Assembly: GCA_009914755.4 (NCBI GenBank)
Contig: CP068257.2
Location: 352,001-416,000 of the forward strand
DNA from: the human T2T-CHM13v2.0 reference genome, Homo sapiens
Length of the DNA: 64,000 nt
Direction: 5' to 3'
In this document: positions 1 through 15,175 of the stretch, piece after piece
How positions within the stretch are numbered: position 1 is the first letter of the stretch
Layout of the letters: each line of letters opens with the position of its first letter
Notes under the pieces: generated by a model
Told to the model about the DNA's origin: nothing
Databases searched by the model: none
Seen by the model: the letters and a program-made list of their open reading frames with translations, nothing else
Translations under genes and position numbers: made by a program

Positions 1-410
1 AAAAGAACAAGGAAACAAAAGTAACAAGGCTTGACACCAGATGAGCCTGAATCTAAGCAAGAAAAGCCCAGAAGAAATCCCATTTTGGGTCACTGGCTGC
101 ATGGTAGTAATACCATACACATAAAGGAAGAGAGGAGGATGTGGCTTTCACTTTGAATTTTTTGAGCTTAAGGTAACTTTTGCATAGCTACAAAGAAGCA
201 TTCAACAGAGAGTTAAACCTATGATGGAAAGACTGAAGAGGTCCAAGCTGTAGAGAAACAGGACGGCAAACCACAAAGGGCTGAATCAGTCAAGGAGAAC
301 TGCAGGGCGGGATGAACAGGGACCAGTGGAACATTTGGATAAGCTGTTGAGAAGAAAGGAGAATTCAGAGAAAAAGAACTGTCAGTGAGGTCATAATAGG
401 AACTGTTACA

Positions 411-880
411 GTGAACTAAATATGGCCTGGGAAGGACTCTGTACTTCTAGACTTGAGTCCCTGTGGACAAACTGAAACCTAACTTAATAGGTAGAAAGAC
501 TGAAAACCTAACTTAGGAGTATGCACCTGTAACTATAGCTGAGTCCTGGCCAATCCCAACAGCCAAACTTCTGCCACTCACACACTGCTGAGTGTTCAGC
601 TGTGTTCAAATAAGGCAAATGCTGAGCACTGTAACCAGTCCAGTTGTTTCTGGACCACATTGCTGAGAACGGTAAGGGACCCAGTTGCTTCTGGACCTCA
701 CTCCTCACTCAGATTTCTGTACATCACGTTCCCTTTATTGTCTATAAATCTTCCACCATGTAGCTGTGCTGGAGTCTCACCAAATCTGCTGTGATTCTGG
801 GGGCTGCCTGATTCGTGAATCATTCATTTCTCAATTAAGTTCCTTTAAATTTAATTCAGCTGAAGATTTTCTTTTAACAG
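411..880 (+). repeat. LTR-like interspersed repeat, copy 1 (about 470 bp; CCAAT-like and TATAAA motifs, AATTAAA-like signal near 3' end; internal ~45 bp tandem duplication)
   Basis: About 80% identical over ~400 bp to a second copy at 14139-14528, in the same orientation. U3/R-like layout (ccaatc ... ctataaatcttccacc ... caattaa). Immediately followed by a tRNA-like primer-binding site. Confidence 0.6.
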
Positions 881-881
881 A

Positions 882-899
882 TGGTGTCAGAAGTGGGAT
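882..899 (+). other. Retroviral primer-binding site complementary to the tRNA-Leu 3' end (TGGTGTCAGAAGTGGGAT vs canonical TGGTGTCAGGAGTGGGAT)
   Basis: 17/18 match to the complement of the tRNA-Leu 3' end. Located 2 nt after the LTR end ...aaCA, as expected for a 5' LTR/PBS junction. Suggests an ERV-L-class element. Confidence 0.5.
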
Positions 900-1737
900 C
901 TGTGGGAGCAGGACTGCTAGGGCCTCCGGAGCTATAGTGTGGTGAGCAGTGTTGCTAGGGCTTCTAATGACCCCCAGGAGTGCTGAAGTACAAGAAAGGC
1001 ACCTGCAAGGACTGCTCTGTGATGGCAGCAGTGGCCCATGTGGAGCAGTTGCTACGGAGACACTGGCTGCAGTGAGGAGGAGTGGCTGGGGCTGTGCGCT
1101 CCTCGAAGCTGGTGGGAGCCAGGAAAGGGTGGGAGCCCCACCCCTTCTAAATTGGCAGGCAGGAGCCCCGCCCTCCCAGGCACAGCTGCAGCCATCCAGC
1201 CATGACTGCAAACCTGGGCATCTTTGCACTCTCAGAGGCCCAGCAAGCCCCCCTGCCCCCACAGGCTCAGTTGTACCTGGTCCCACCACCTGGCGTCTCT
1301 CCACTCCCAGAGCCCACTCCAACCTCGGATCCAAGTTGAGGCTGAACCCAGGCACAGTCGGAACCCGGCCTGGTTTGTGCAAGCTCAAGGCAGTGCTGAC
1401 ATGCCAGCCCCCTGCCACCTCAGCCCCCTCCAGACTTTGGGCACTGACGAGCACAAGAGGGAGGTTGAGGTGGGGCTAAGTGTGGCTCAGCACTGGCCTG
1501 AAGGCACTCCTCAGCTCGAACAGCCTCGGCAATGTGGGCACAGCTAACCACAGTGCATCTCTCTCAGCTGCTGAGAGCTGAACAGACGTTGGGATGACTT
1601 GCCTGCAGAAAGGAGCTACCGACTGCAGGTCTCCTCTGAGCTGAACAGTTGCTCAATAAAGCACCTCTTCACCTTGCTCACCTTCTACTTGCCCACATAC
1701 CTCATTCTTCCTGGACTCAGGACAAGAACTCGGGACC

Positions 1738-2290
1738 TGCCAACTAGCAGGGCTGAAAGAGGTGTAACATAAACAGGGCTGAAACGCACCCCTTGCTTGC
1801 CAAATTGCAGGCAAGAAGAAGAGAAGAGAGGAGACAAGAGCTGTGGCCCTTCAGGGAGCCCAGACCTAGGAGCTCCCCAAGCCAGGGCTATGATGCCTTC
1901 TTTGGGGTTCTGCAGTTCCTGCATCTCCAAGTTTCTGGGCGCCACTGCATTCCCTGATACCCACAGTGGAAGCTGTTTGCAGTCGGCCTTGTCCAGCTGC
2001 AGCCTCACAGGGAGCTGGCACCTGTGCCGGTGCCTGGAGCTGCCCACCCCACTGCAGCTGGCATGCTTGACTGTGTGCAGTGGCCAGATCCCATGCTTGC
2101 TTGCTCACACACCCTTCACTGCTCTGTACCCAGCTCACCCTTGGCAAGTGTGGGATCCAAACCACTAGCATGAGCCGAGTGGACAGAACGAACCCAGTGG
2201 GCCCGAGCAAAACACAGGTAAAGGCACCACCAGCCAGAGGTTTCAGGCAGAAAAGTGATGTCTCAGGATTCTGTAACACTTGTGCCCTTT
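1738..2290 (+). repeat. Unclassified ~540 bp interspersed repeat, copy 1 (inverted partner at 24878-25412)
   Basis: Base-by-base alignment to the reverse complement of 24878-25412 at roughly 75-80% identity, with both ends coinciding. Similar spurious ORF translations on both copies (KSCGP.GSPDLGA...WDP). Confidence 0.55.
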
Positions 2291-3219
2291 GACCTCTCAG
2301 AGCAGCTGGGGATCATGATAAATTCTCTCTCGGATTTCAGAGCTCCATGGATTTGTGTTTTGAGCTCTGAGTTTCTTTGAGCAAATTTCTGTTCCAAACT
2401 GCTATCCAGCCATGACTGGCTGGATGTTTTAGAAGTTATGACAGAAACGGGACCGGGTCCAGGATCAGATTTGATCCAGTAGTTAACTGGCTTGAATCCA
2501 GTTCCAGTTAGAGACCTCCTACATCTGAATGGGTCAGAAGGAAAGTGGTAGTAAATGATAATATTGGAGGGCTGTAAAATTTAGCTTTTGAAAATTCACA
2601 GGGATTTTTGTGTTCTACCCCTTTGTTTCATTTTCCTCACACGCTTAGGTAGGAAAAAAAAAATCATTGGCTAAGTCAATCAAGGGAACCTGGGAGTAAA
2701 GCCAATATATTAGGTAAAAATAGGATCCTTAATTTCTGGAAAACTTAGTTCCTTCTGGCTAATTCATTAGGCCTGGGAGGCAGCAAAGTCTTACAGAAAT
2801 GGCACAATCTTACTAAAGTTAACTTACAGTGGAACATTCCAAATGAATACTGCCCTGAAGTGCATTTAAAAATGAGGGCTCCCAAATTAGTCTCATCTAG
2901 GGATGCCTATTAATATGCAGAAGCTTCTAAAAAGATTTAGAGATGGCACGGCCTATCTGGGAGCAAGTTTGAGTCTTACCAGTTTGACACTGGATGCTAA
3001 GCAAAGTGGCTCCTGTCTATGTTTTGTCACATGTATTTTGCTTTGAGCAGAATGAAAAATGTTAATTTGGTTACTCCAAGCAACCCCTTGGGCAGCATCT
3101 TGCAAAGCTGAGTGGATTCTTCCTGTGGATCCATGATTTCCATTGTGATGCAGCTTGGCCCCAGAGCTATAATGTTGTGAGGAGGGTGACAGAGAAAGAT
3201 GTTATCTTTAAAAAAAAAT

Positions 3220-3520
3220 GGCCAGGGGCAGTGGCTCACGCCTGTAATCCCAACACTTGGGGAGGCTGAGGCAGGTGGATCACCTGAGGTCAGGAGTTCA
3301 GGGCCAGCCTGAACAACAAGGAAAAACCCCGTCTCTACTAAAAACACAAAATTAGCTGGGCATGGTGGGGCATGCCTCTAATCCCAGCTACTCAGGAGGC
3401 TGGGGCAGGAGAATTGCTTGAATCTGGGAGGCAGGGGGTTGCAGTAAACCGAGATCGCGCCATTGCACTCCAGCCTGGGCAACAAGAGGGAAAATCCACC
3501 TCAAGAAAATAAAAGAATAA
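3220..3520 (+). mobile_element. Alu SINE (AluS-like), + orientation
   Basis: ggccaggggcagtggctcacgcctgtaatcccaacacttggggaggctgaggcaggtggatcacctgaggtcagg ... A-rich tail. Dimeric Alu structure. Confidence 0.9.
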
Positions 3521-4649
3521 TAGATTTGCCTATAAGGTTTTATGAAAAAGTGGGTGATATTTGGCTTTCTCTCTTTAAGAAGATTTTCAGAAAATATTAA
3601 AAAATAATGGGAGAAGGAGCCAAGATGGCCGAATAGGAACAGCTTGAGTCTACAGCTCCCAGCATGAGCGACGCAGAAGACGGGTGATTTCTGCATTTCC
3701 ATTTGAGGTACTGGGTTCATCTCACTAGGGAGTGCCAGACAGTGGGCGCAGGACAGTGGGTGAAGTGCACTGTGCACTAGCTGAAGCAGGGCGAGGCATT
3801 GCCTCACTTGGGAAGCGCAAGGGGTCAGGGAGTTAGTTCCCTTTCCTGGTCAAGGAAAGGGGTGACAGACGGCACCTGGAAAATCAGACCACTCCCACCC
3901 TAACACTGCGCTTTTCTGACGGGCTTAGGAAACGGCACACCAGGAGATTATATCCGGCACCTGGCTCAGAGGGTCCTATGTCCATGGAGTCTCGCTGATT
4001 GCTAACACAGCAGTCTGAGATCAAACTGCAAGGCGGCAGCGAGGATGGGGGAGGTGCACCGGCTATTGCCCAGGCTCTCTTAGGTAAACAAAGCAGCCGG
4101 GAAGCTCGAACTGGGTGGAGCCCACCACAGCTCAAGGAGGCCTTCCTGCCTCTGCAGGCTCCACCTCTGGGGGCAGGGCACAGACAAACAAAAAGACAGC
4201 AGTAACCTCTGCAGACTTAAATGTCCCTGTCTGACAGCTTTGAGGAGAGCAGTGGTTCTCCCAGCACACAACTGGAGATCTGAGAATGTGCAGACTGCCT
4301 CCTCAAGTGGGTCCCTGATCCCTGACCCCCAAGCAGCCTAACTGGGAGGCACCCCCCAGTAGGGGCAGACTGACACCTCACATGACCGGGTACTCCTCTG
4401 AGACAAAACTTCCAGAGGAATGATCAGACAGCAACATTCACGGATCACGAAAATCCACGGTTTTGCAGACACCACTGCTGATACCCAGGCAAATAAGGTC
4501 TGGAATGGGCCTCTAGCAAACTCCAACAGACCTGAAGCTGAGGGTCCTGTCTGTTAGAAGGAAAACTAACAAACAGAAAGGACATCCACACCAAAAACCC
4601 ATCTGTACATCACCATCATCAAAGACCAAAAGTAGATAAAACCACAAAG

Positions 4650-5666
4650 ATGGGGAAAAAACAGAGCAGAAAAACTGGAAACTCTAAAAAGCAGAGCACC
4701 TCTCCTCCTCCAAAGGAACGCAGTTCCTCACCAGCAATGGAACAAAGCTGGACAGAGAATGACTTTGACGAGTTGAGAAAAGAAGGCTTCAGACGATCAA
4801 ACTACTCCGAGCTACAGGAGGAAATTCAAACCAAAGGCAAAGAAGTTGAAAACTTTGAAAAAACTTTAGAAGAATGTATAACTAGAATAACCAATATAGA
4901 GAAGTGCTTAAAGGAGCTGATGGAGCTGAAAGCCAAGGCTCGAGAACTATGTGAAGAATGCAGAAGCCTCAGGAGATGATGAGATCAACTGGAAGAAAGC
5001 ATATCAGTGATGAAAGATGAAATGAATGAAATGAAGCATGAAGAGAAGTTTAGAGAAAAAAGAATAAAAAGAAATGAACAAAGCCTCCAAGAAATATGGG
5101 ACTATGTGAAAAGACCAAATCTGTGTCTGATTGGTGTACCTGAAAGTGACGGGAAGAATGGAACCAAGTTGGAAAACACTCTGCAGGATATTATCCAGGA
5201 GAACTTCCCCAATCCAGCAAAGCAGGTCAACATTCAGATTCAGGAAATACAGAGAATGCCACAAAGATACTCCTCGAGAAGAGCAACTCCAAGACACATA
5301 ATTGTCAGATTCACCAAAGTTGAAATGAAGGAAAAAATGTTAAGGGCAGCCAGAGAGAAAGGTCAGGTTACCCACAAAGGGAAGCCCATCAGACTAACTG
5401 CTGATCTCTCGGCAGAAACTCTACAAGCCAGAAGAGAGTGGGGGCCAATATTCAACATTCTTACAGAAAAGAATTTTCAACCCAGAATTTCATATCCAGC
5501 CAAACTAAGCTTCATAAGTGAAGGAGAAATAAAATACTTTACAGACAAGCAAATGCTGAGAGATTTTGTCACCACCAGGCCTGCCCTAAAAGAGCTCCTG
5601 AAGGAAGCACTAAACATGGAAAGGAACAACTGGTACCAGCCACTGCAAAAACATGCCAAATTGTAA
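4650..5666 (+). pseudogene. L1 ORF1 (ORF1p, RNA-binding chaperone) with a single in-frame premature stop at 4977-4979 (ccg->tga region), otherwise in frame
   Basis: Six-frame ORFs 4650-4979 and 5007-5666 are in the same frame, separated by one TGA. The protein matches L1 ORF1p (coiled coil ...LKELMELKAKARELCEECRSLRR, then RRM/CTD ...YSSRRATPRHIIVRFTKVEMKEKMLRAAREKG). Confidence 0.9.
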
Positions 5667-5729
5667 AGACCATCAAGACTAGGAAGAAACTGCGTCAATT
5701 AACGAGCAAAATAACCAGCTAACATCATA

Positions 5730-9549
<3,820 letters not shown>

Positions 9550-10225
9550 ACAATGAGAACACATGGACACAGGAATGGGAACATCACACTCTGTGGACTG
9601 TTGTCAGGTGGGGGGAGAAGGGAGGGATAGCATTAGGAGATATTCCTAATGCTAAATGACGAGTTAATGGGTGCAGCACACCAGACTGGCATATATATAC
9701 ATATGTAACTAACCGGCACATTGTGCACATAAACCCTAAAACTTGAAGTATAATAATAATAATAATAATAATAATAAAATAATAAAATGAAAAATTTGTT
9801 TGCCTTGTAAATAAACTACCAAAAAAAAAAGGAAAAACAAGAGGCAGATTATTTGTGGAAATAAGTCTTCCCCCTATCAATGAGTAAAGATTTTTGCCCT
9901 TTAAAAATTTTTTAAGTCATGATTTTAGGTAAATGAATGACTTACGTTGACATGGAATTCTATTTCATAACATCAAGTGTTTAAACCTTTAATATATTTA
10001 ATAGGCTTCCCAAAATCAAATTTCAACTTCAAAATTTTTTTTCTGACCTCTAACTTTGGGATACTACAGAGGCCCCTGAAGTACCCAAAAGAGAGGTAAA
10101 CAGGACTATTTAACATGTTAAGTCACATGGCTAGAACTGTCAAAATAAAAAATAATGTTGAACCTTCTTTAGGTTATATTCAGTGTATGTCATCAATCCA
10201 TTCTAAAATTGTATAGGATTTCTAA

Positions 10226-10525
<300 letters not shown>

Positions 10526-10836
10526 CCTAATTATGGTTATTAAGTTATTGTAGACCACAGAAATAACCAAATTTCCTTGTCAATTGTCTTTAACTATAAC
10601 TATTTAAAGTCATTTCCACAGTTAATTGCTTAATGGTGATGCAGTTTCTAAAAACTTCACAAGCATGCAAAATTTTAGAATATGGTGTCTCTTAGAAGAT
10701 CCATGAAAGAATGAAAAGGACCCTGAGAAACACTCGGGAACACAGATTTCTAATAACTTTAATATCATGGGTAAAAATTCCCCATAAGTTCCCCGATACC
10801 CCAAGAATTGGACTGGTTAAGAATTCTCAAAAGTTA

Positions 10837-11175
<339 letters not shown>

Positions 11176-12440
11176 CTAAGTAAAACAAAAATTGTATACC
11201 AAGGAAATATTTTGCCACATTTGCATGCTAAATCACCAATATTGAAATTGTTTAGATATATAATTTAAATAAACTCCATGGTCTAAGTCAAATCACCTAT
11301 AACTACTCATCAGTTACCAGTACCATGCACCTAATTTGGAGAAACAGCTGGTATTCAAGAGGATGTAAGTCTAATGTTAATTAAGCACAGACTTATGAAG
11401 AACCAGGATGGCCACCTTATCCTTCTTAAGTCCTTAAAACTTTTGTTATTAAAAGTTCTGCATTCCATAACTCATCATGGAAAGAGAAAATGATCCAAAT
11501 TAAATATATTGGTGTGGTGATTTCTAAACTGCTAAAATAGTTTATAACCAATGTTTGGTTTGTCATACCTATATTCCTAGGAAAACAATCAAAACTTCAG
11601 GTACATTTGGTTATCTGATGGGCCATTTAAACATTTTATAAAGGGATTTCATTCAGTTGTCATTTTCAGTGCATGTTTTCTGATTGTATAAAAGCTCTTC
11701 TATGCGAGACAGTTGATGTTGAAACAGTAGATTATTACCCTGAAGTGTATTTTCACCAGGTAAAGAAAGCCTTTTATGGCTCACTGAGGACAGTCAACCC
11801 CTTCAAAATCTAGAATCTGATGACTGGATCTTCTGAGAACATCAGAGAAGGACTGCCCTTGCCATCCACATGACAGCAAAACTTTAAAACCTTAAACTTT
11901 GGGTTCATAGTCTCACAACTCAGAAGGGTCCTTCCACACTTGGAACCATATACCCATTGGAACCCTTAAGGTAAAGCTAACAAGGACAATTCCCCCCAGA
12001 AGAAGATGGCATCCTTAATGTGAACAGCTTTTCCCAAGATCACAGATCAAGACTTCTCTACTATCATGAGACACTTATCTTAAGTATCTGTGCAGCTGCT
12101 AACACTTACAGCATGTGGAGAAAACATGGGGTATTATAAAGATTTGGTTGTAGGGAATTAACAAAAAAACCCACTTAGTTAAGCAAGTAAACTCTTTAAT
12201 TCATTCTTTAATCTATTTGATTTTAGGTGGTTTGATTTATGGGGACTCTGAGTTAGGAGCATACACCAAATTCTTGGTGTTATCCCAATAGTCATAAGAG
12301 TCTCCCTGGTGCACTGTACTTACTCAAATGTTTTAAGAGTTTGCATGCAGGCATCTCTAAAATATCAAATGGTATCTCTTCAACTGGAATGACAAGAGAT
12401 TAAAAAAAAAGTGCAACCATAAGGACACCATATCCTATGA

Positions 12441-13390
12441 GTGACATACTAAACCGGAAACCCAAAACAATGAGAGTGACATGCTAAACCAGAAACCCAA
12501 AACAATGGGAGTGATGTACTAAAACTGGAACCCAAAACAATGGGAGTGATGTGCACTAAAACCAGAACCCAAAACAATGGGAGTGACGTGCTAAACCAGA
12601 AACCCAAAGCAATGGGAGTGACTTGCTAAAACTGGAACCCAAAACAATGGGAGTGATGTGCTAAAACCAGAAACGACAACAATGGGAGTGATGTGCTTAA
12701 ACCGGAACCCAAAACAATGGGAGTGACCTGCTAAACCAGAAACCCAAAACAATGGGAGTGACCTGCTAAACCAGAAACCCAAAACAATGGGAGTGACATG
12801 TAAAACCAGAAACCAAAACAATGGGAGTGATGTGCTTAAACCGGAACCCAAAACAATGGGAATGACCTGCTAAACCAGAAACCCAAAACAATGGGAGTGA
12901 CCTGCTAAACCAGAAACCCAAAACAATGGGAGCGTCCTGCTAAACCAGAAACCCAAAACAATGGGAGTGACCTGCTGAACCACAAACCCAAAACAATGGG
13001 AGTGATGTGTAAAACCAGAAACCCAAAACAATGGGAGTGACATGCTAAAACCAGAAACCCAAAACAATGGGAGTGACCTGCTAAAACCTGGAAACCCAAA
13101 ACAATGAGAGTGACGTGCTAAAACCAGAAACCCAAAACAATGGGAGCGTCCTGCTAAACCAGAAACCCAAAACAATGGGAGTGACGTGCTAAAACCAGAA
13201 ACCCAAAACAATGGGAGTGTCCTGCTACACCAGGAACCCAAAACAATGAGAGTGACGTGCTAAACCAGAAACCCAAAACAATGGGAGTGACGTGCTAAAA
13301 CCAGAACCCAAAACAATGGGAGTGACGTGCTAAACCGGAAACCCAAAACAATGGGAATGATGTGCTAAAATCGGAACCCAAAACAATGGT
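12441..13390. repeat. Minisatellite / VNTR, about 27 tandem copies of a 35-36 bp unit (CCAGAAACCCAAAACAATGGGAGTGAC[C/G/A]TGCTAAA[A]), with unit variants
   Basis: Direct reading. Period is 35 bp (e.g. 12721 -> 12756), or 36 bp where the unit carries ctaaaacc. Variable positions gac[c/g/a]tg, ga[c/t]gtg, gt[c]ctg. The six-frame ORFs at 12591-13241 (-) are repeat artefacts (recurring HSHCFGFLV). Confidence 0.95.
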
Positions 13391-13451
13391 AACTAAGAGT
13401 GGTGTTAAGGCCCTACATTTTGGTCACACTCTCAACTAAGTGAGAACTTGA

Positions 13452-13757
<306 letters not shown>

Positions 13758-14138
13758 CAAAAGGAGGAATTTTTTAAGCAAAATTATGGGAGGCCATTGT
13801 TTTGAACTAAGCTCATGCAATAGGTCCCAACAGACCAAAACAAACCAAAATCGAGTCACTCATGCTAAATGTAACATAATCAAACTAAGACTTTAAGGAA
13901 ACACATAAATCCTAGAACAAACCAGGTTTTGTTTTTCTCCTGTAAACAGGATGTTCCAGCATAAGAAGATATCTTCTACTCAAGTCCTTGTTCCACTTTT
14001 CAAATCTCACTGGTCTATTTCCCAGTGGGTTTCTAAACCAAGTAAGTACATTTGCAATGGTAATAGTGACACCAGTGACTGAAGTTTTGGCCAATCTCTC
14101 AAAATTGAGAAAATAACCAAAGGGAAGGCATTGTTAAA

Positions 14139-14528
14139 GTGAACTAAGTATGGCCTGAGAAGGACTCCATAATTCTATATATGAGTCCTTGTGGATGAAC
14201 TGCAACCTACCTTAATAGGTATACAAGAATGAAAAACTAACTTGAGAGTATGCACCTGGAACAACAGCTACATCTTGGCCAATCCCAATGGCCAAACTTC
14301 AACCACTCAGGCACTGCCAAATGTTCAAAATGTGTTCAAAGAAGGCAAACGCTGAGTTGTTTCTGTACCTCACTTCCGATTTCGGTATGCCATTTCCCTT
14401 TTGTCTATAAATCTTCCACCACATGACTGCGCTGGAGTCTCTGTGAATCTGCTGTGATTCTGGGGACTGTCTGATTCGTGAATCGTTTATTGCTCAATTA
14501 AACTCCTTTAAAGTTTTTCTTTCAACAG
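14139..14528 (+). repeat. Solo LTR-like repeat, copy 2 of the family at 411-880 (no primer-binding site follows)
   Basis: Alignment to 411-880 (gtgaactaa[a/g]tatggcctg.gaaggactc ... ctataaatcttccacca ... gctggagtctc ... aatctgctgtgattctggg ... gattcgtgaatc). The flank after the end is unrelated sequence. Confidence 0.6.
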
Positions 14529-14559
14529 AACTAACACAGAAGAATTTCCAGGTCATGAA

Positions 14560-15175
14560 CAGACGTTTTGTAATACCCAACGTTGTATTAATATGAATAG
14601 ACTCTTCCTTAGATAGCTAACCTTGTTTTTAATATGAATAGACTCTCCCTTAGCTGAGAAAACCAGACAAACTCCATTTGGCTCCTTCATTTACAAGACA
14701 TCAAGGGCTCCTTACCCACCCCCTTTCCTCAAGGACTTTAACTTGTGCAAACTGATTTTCAACATATCAAAGAGTGCAATTAACTGATAAAGTGCTGAGA
14801 CAAGTGATGTCGGCAGTTCCCAGCAAATTACTCAGAGATAATATCATAAAGCCCCCACCTTTGTCCAGCAGATAATGCCCAGAGCCCCCTCACCTATCAC
14901 TTTGTGGTGAATTTAAAGCCCCTGCACCTGGAACAGTTTGTTTTCCTGTAACCATCAGTCTTTTTAACTTTTTTGTCGTTTTTTTCTTCTGTAAAGTTTC
15001 TGCAGCTAGAATCCCCCCTCCCCTCTCTAAACCAAAGTATAAAAGAAAATCTATTCCCTTCTTCGGGGCCGAGAGAATTTTGTGCATTGGCCGTCTCTCA
15101 GTCACCGGCTAATAAAGGACCCCTGAATTCGTCTCAAAGTGTGACGTTTCTCTCTAACTCACTCAGGTATGACAG
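14560..15175 (+). repeat. Possible second LTR-like element (TATAAAAG ... AATAAAGG polyA signal; 25 bp tandem duplication ttaatatgaatagactc[t/c]tcccttag)
   Basis: U3/R/U5-like arrangement: enhancer-like tandem duplication, tataaaag at ~15036, ggctaataaagg at ~15105 and ...tctctctaactcactca end. No second copy in the window to confirm. Confidence 0.3.

Noticed and set aside
831-2292. Overlapping ORFs on both strands (831-1454 -, 949-1479 +, 1224-1547 +, 1685-2047 -, 1797-2168 +, 1866-2279 -)
   Set aside because: They lie in a GC-rich repeat-derived segment (post-LTR region plus the 540-bp repeat). Mutually overlapping ORFs on both strands without stops are expected from composition. The peptides are low-complexity and Pro/Ala/Gly-rich, and the same 'protein' recurs in the inverted copy at 24878-25412.
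12591-13241. Minus-strand ORFs of 86, 123 and 64 aa with reiterated HSHCFGFLV/SLPLFWVSG peptides
   Set aside because: These are translations of the tandem minisatellite in one frame, not genes.
12441-13390. Regular ~35 bp periodic array that could superficially look like a CRISPR locus
   Set aside because: There are no unique spacers. Every unit is the same sequence with point variants, which makes it a minisatellite. The context is primate nuclear DNA full of Alu and L1. No cas-like ORFs are nearby.
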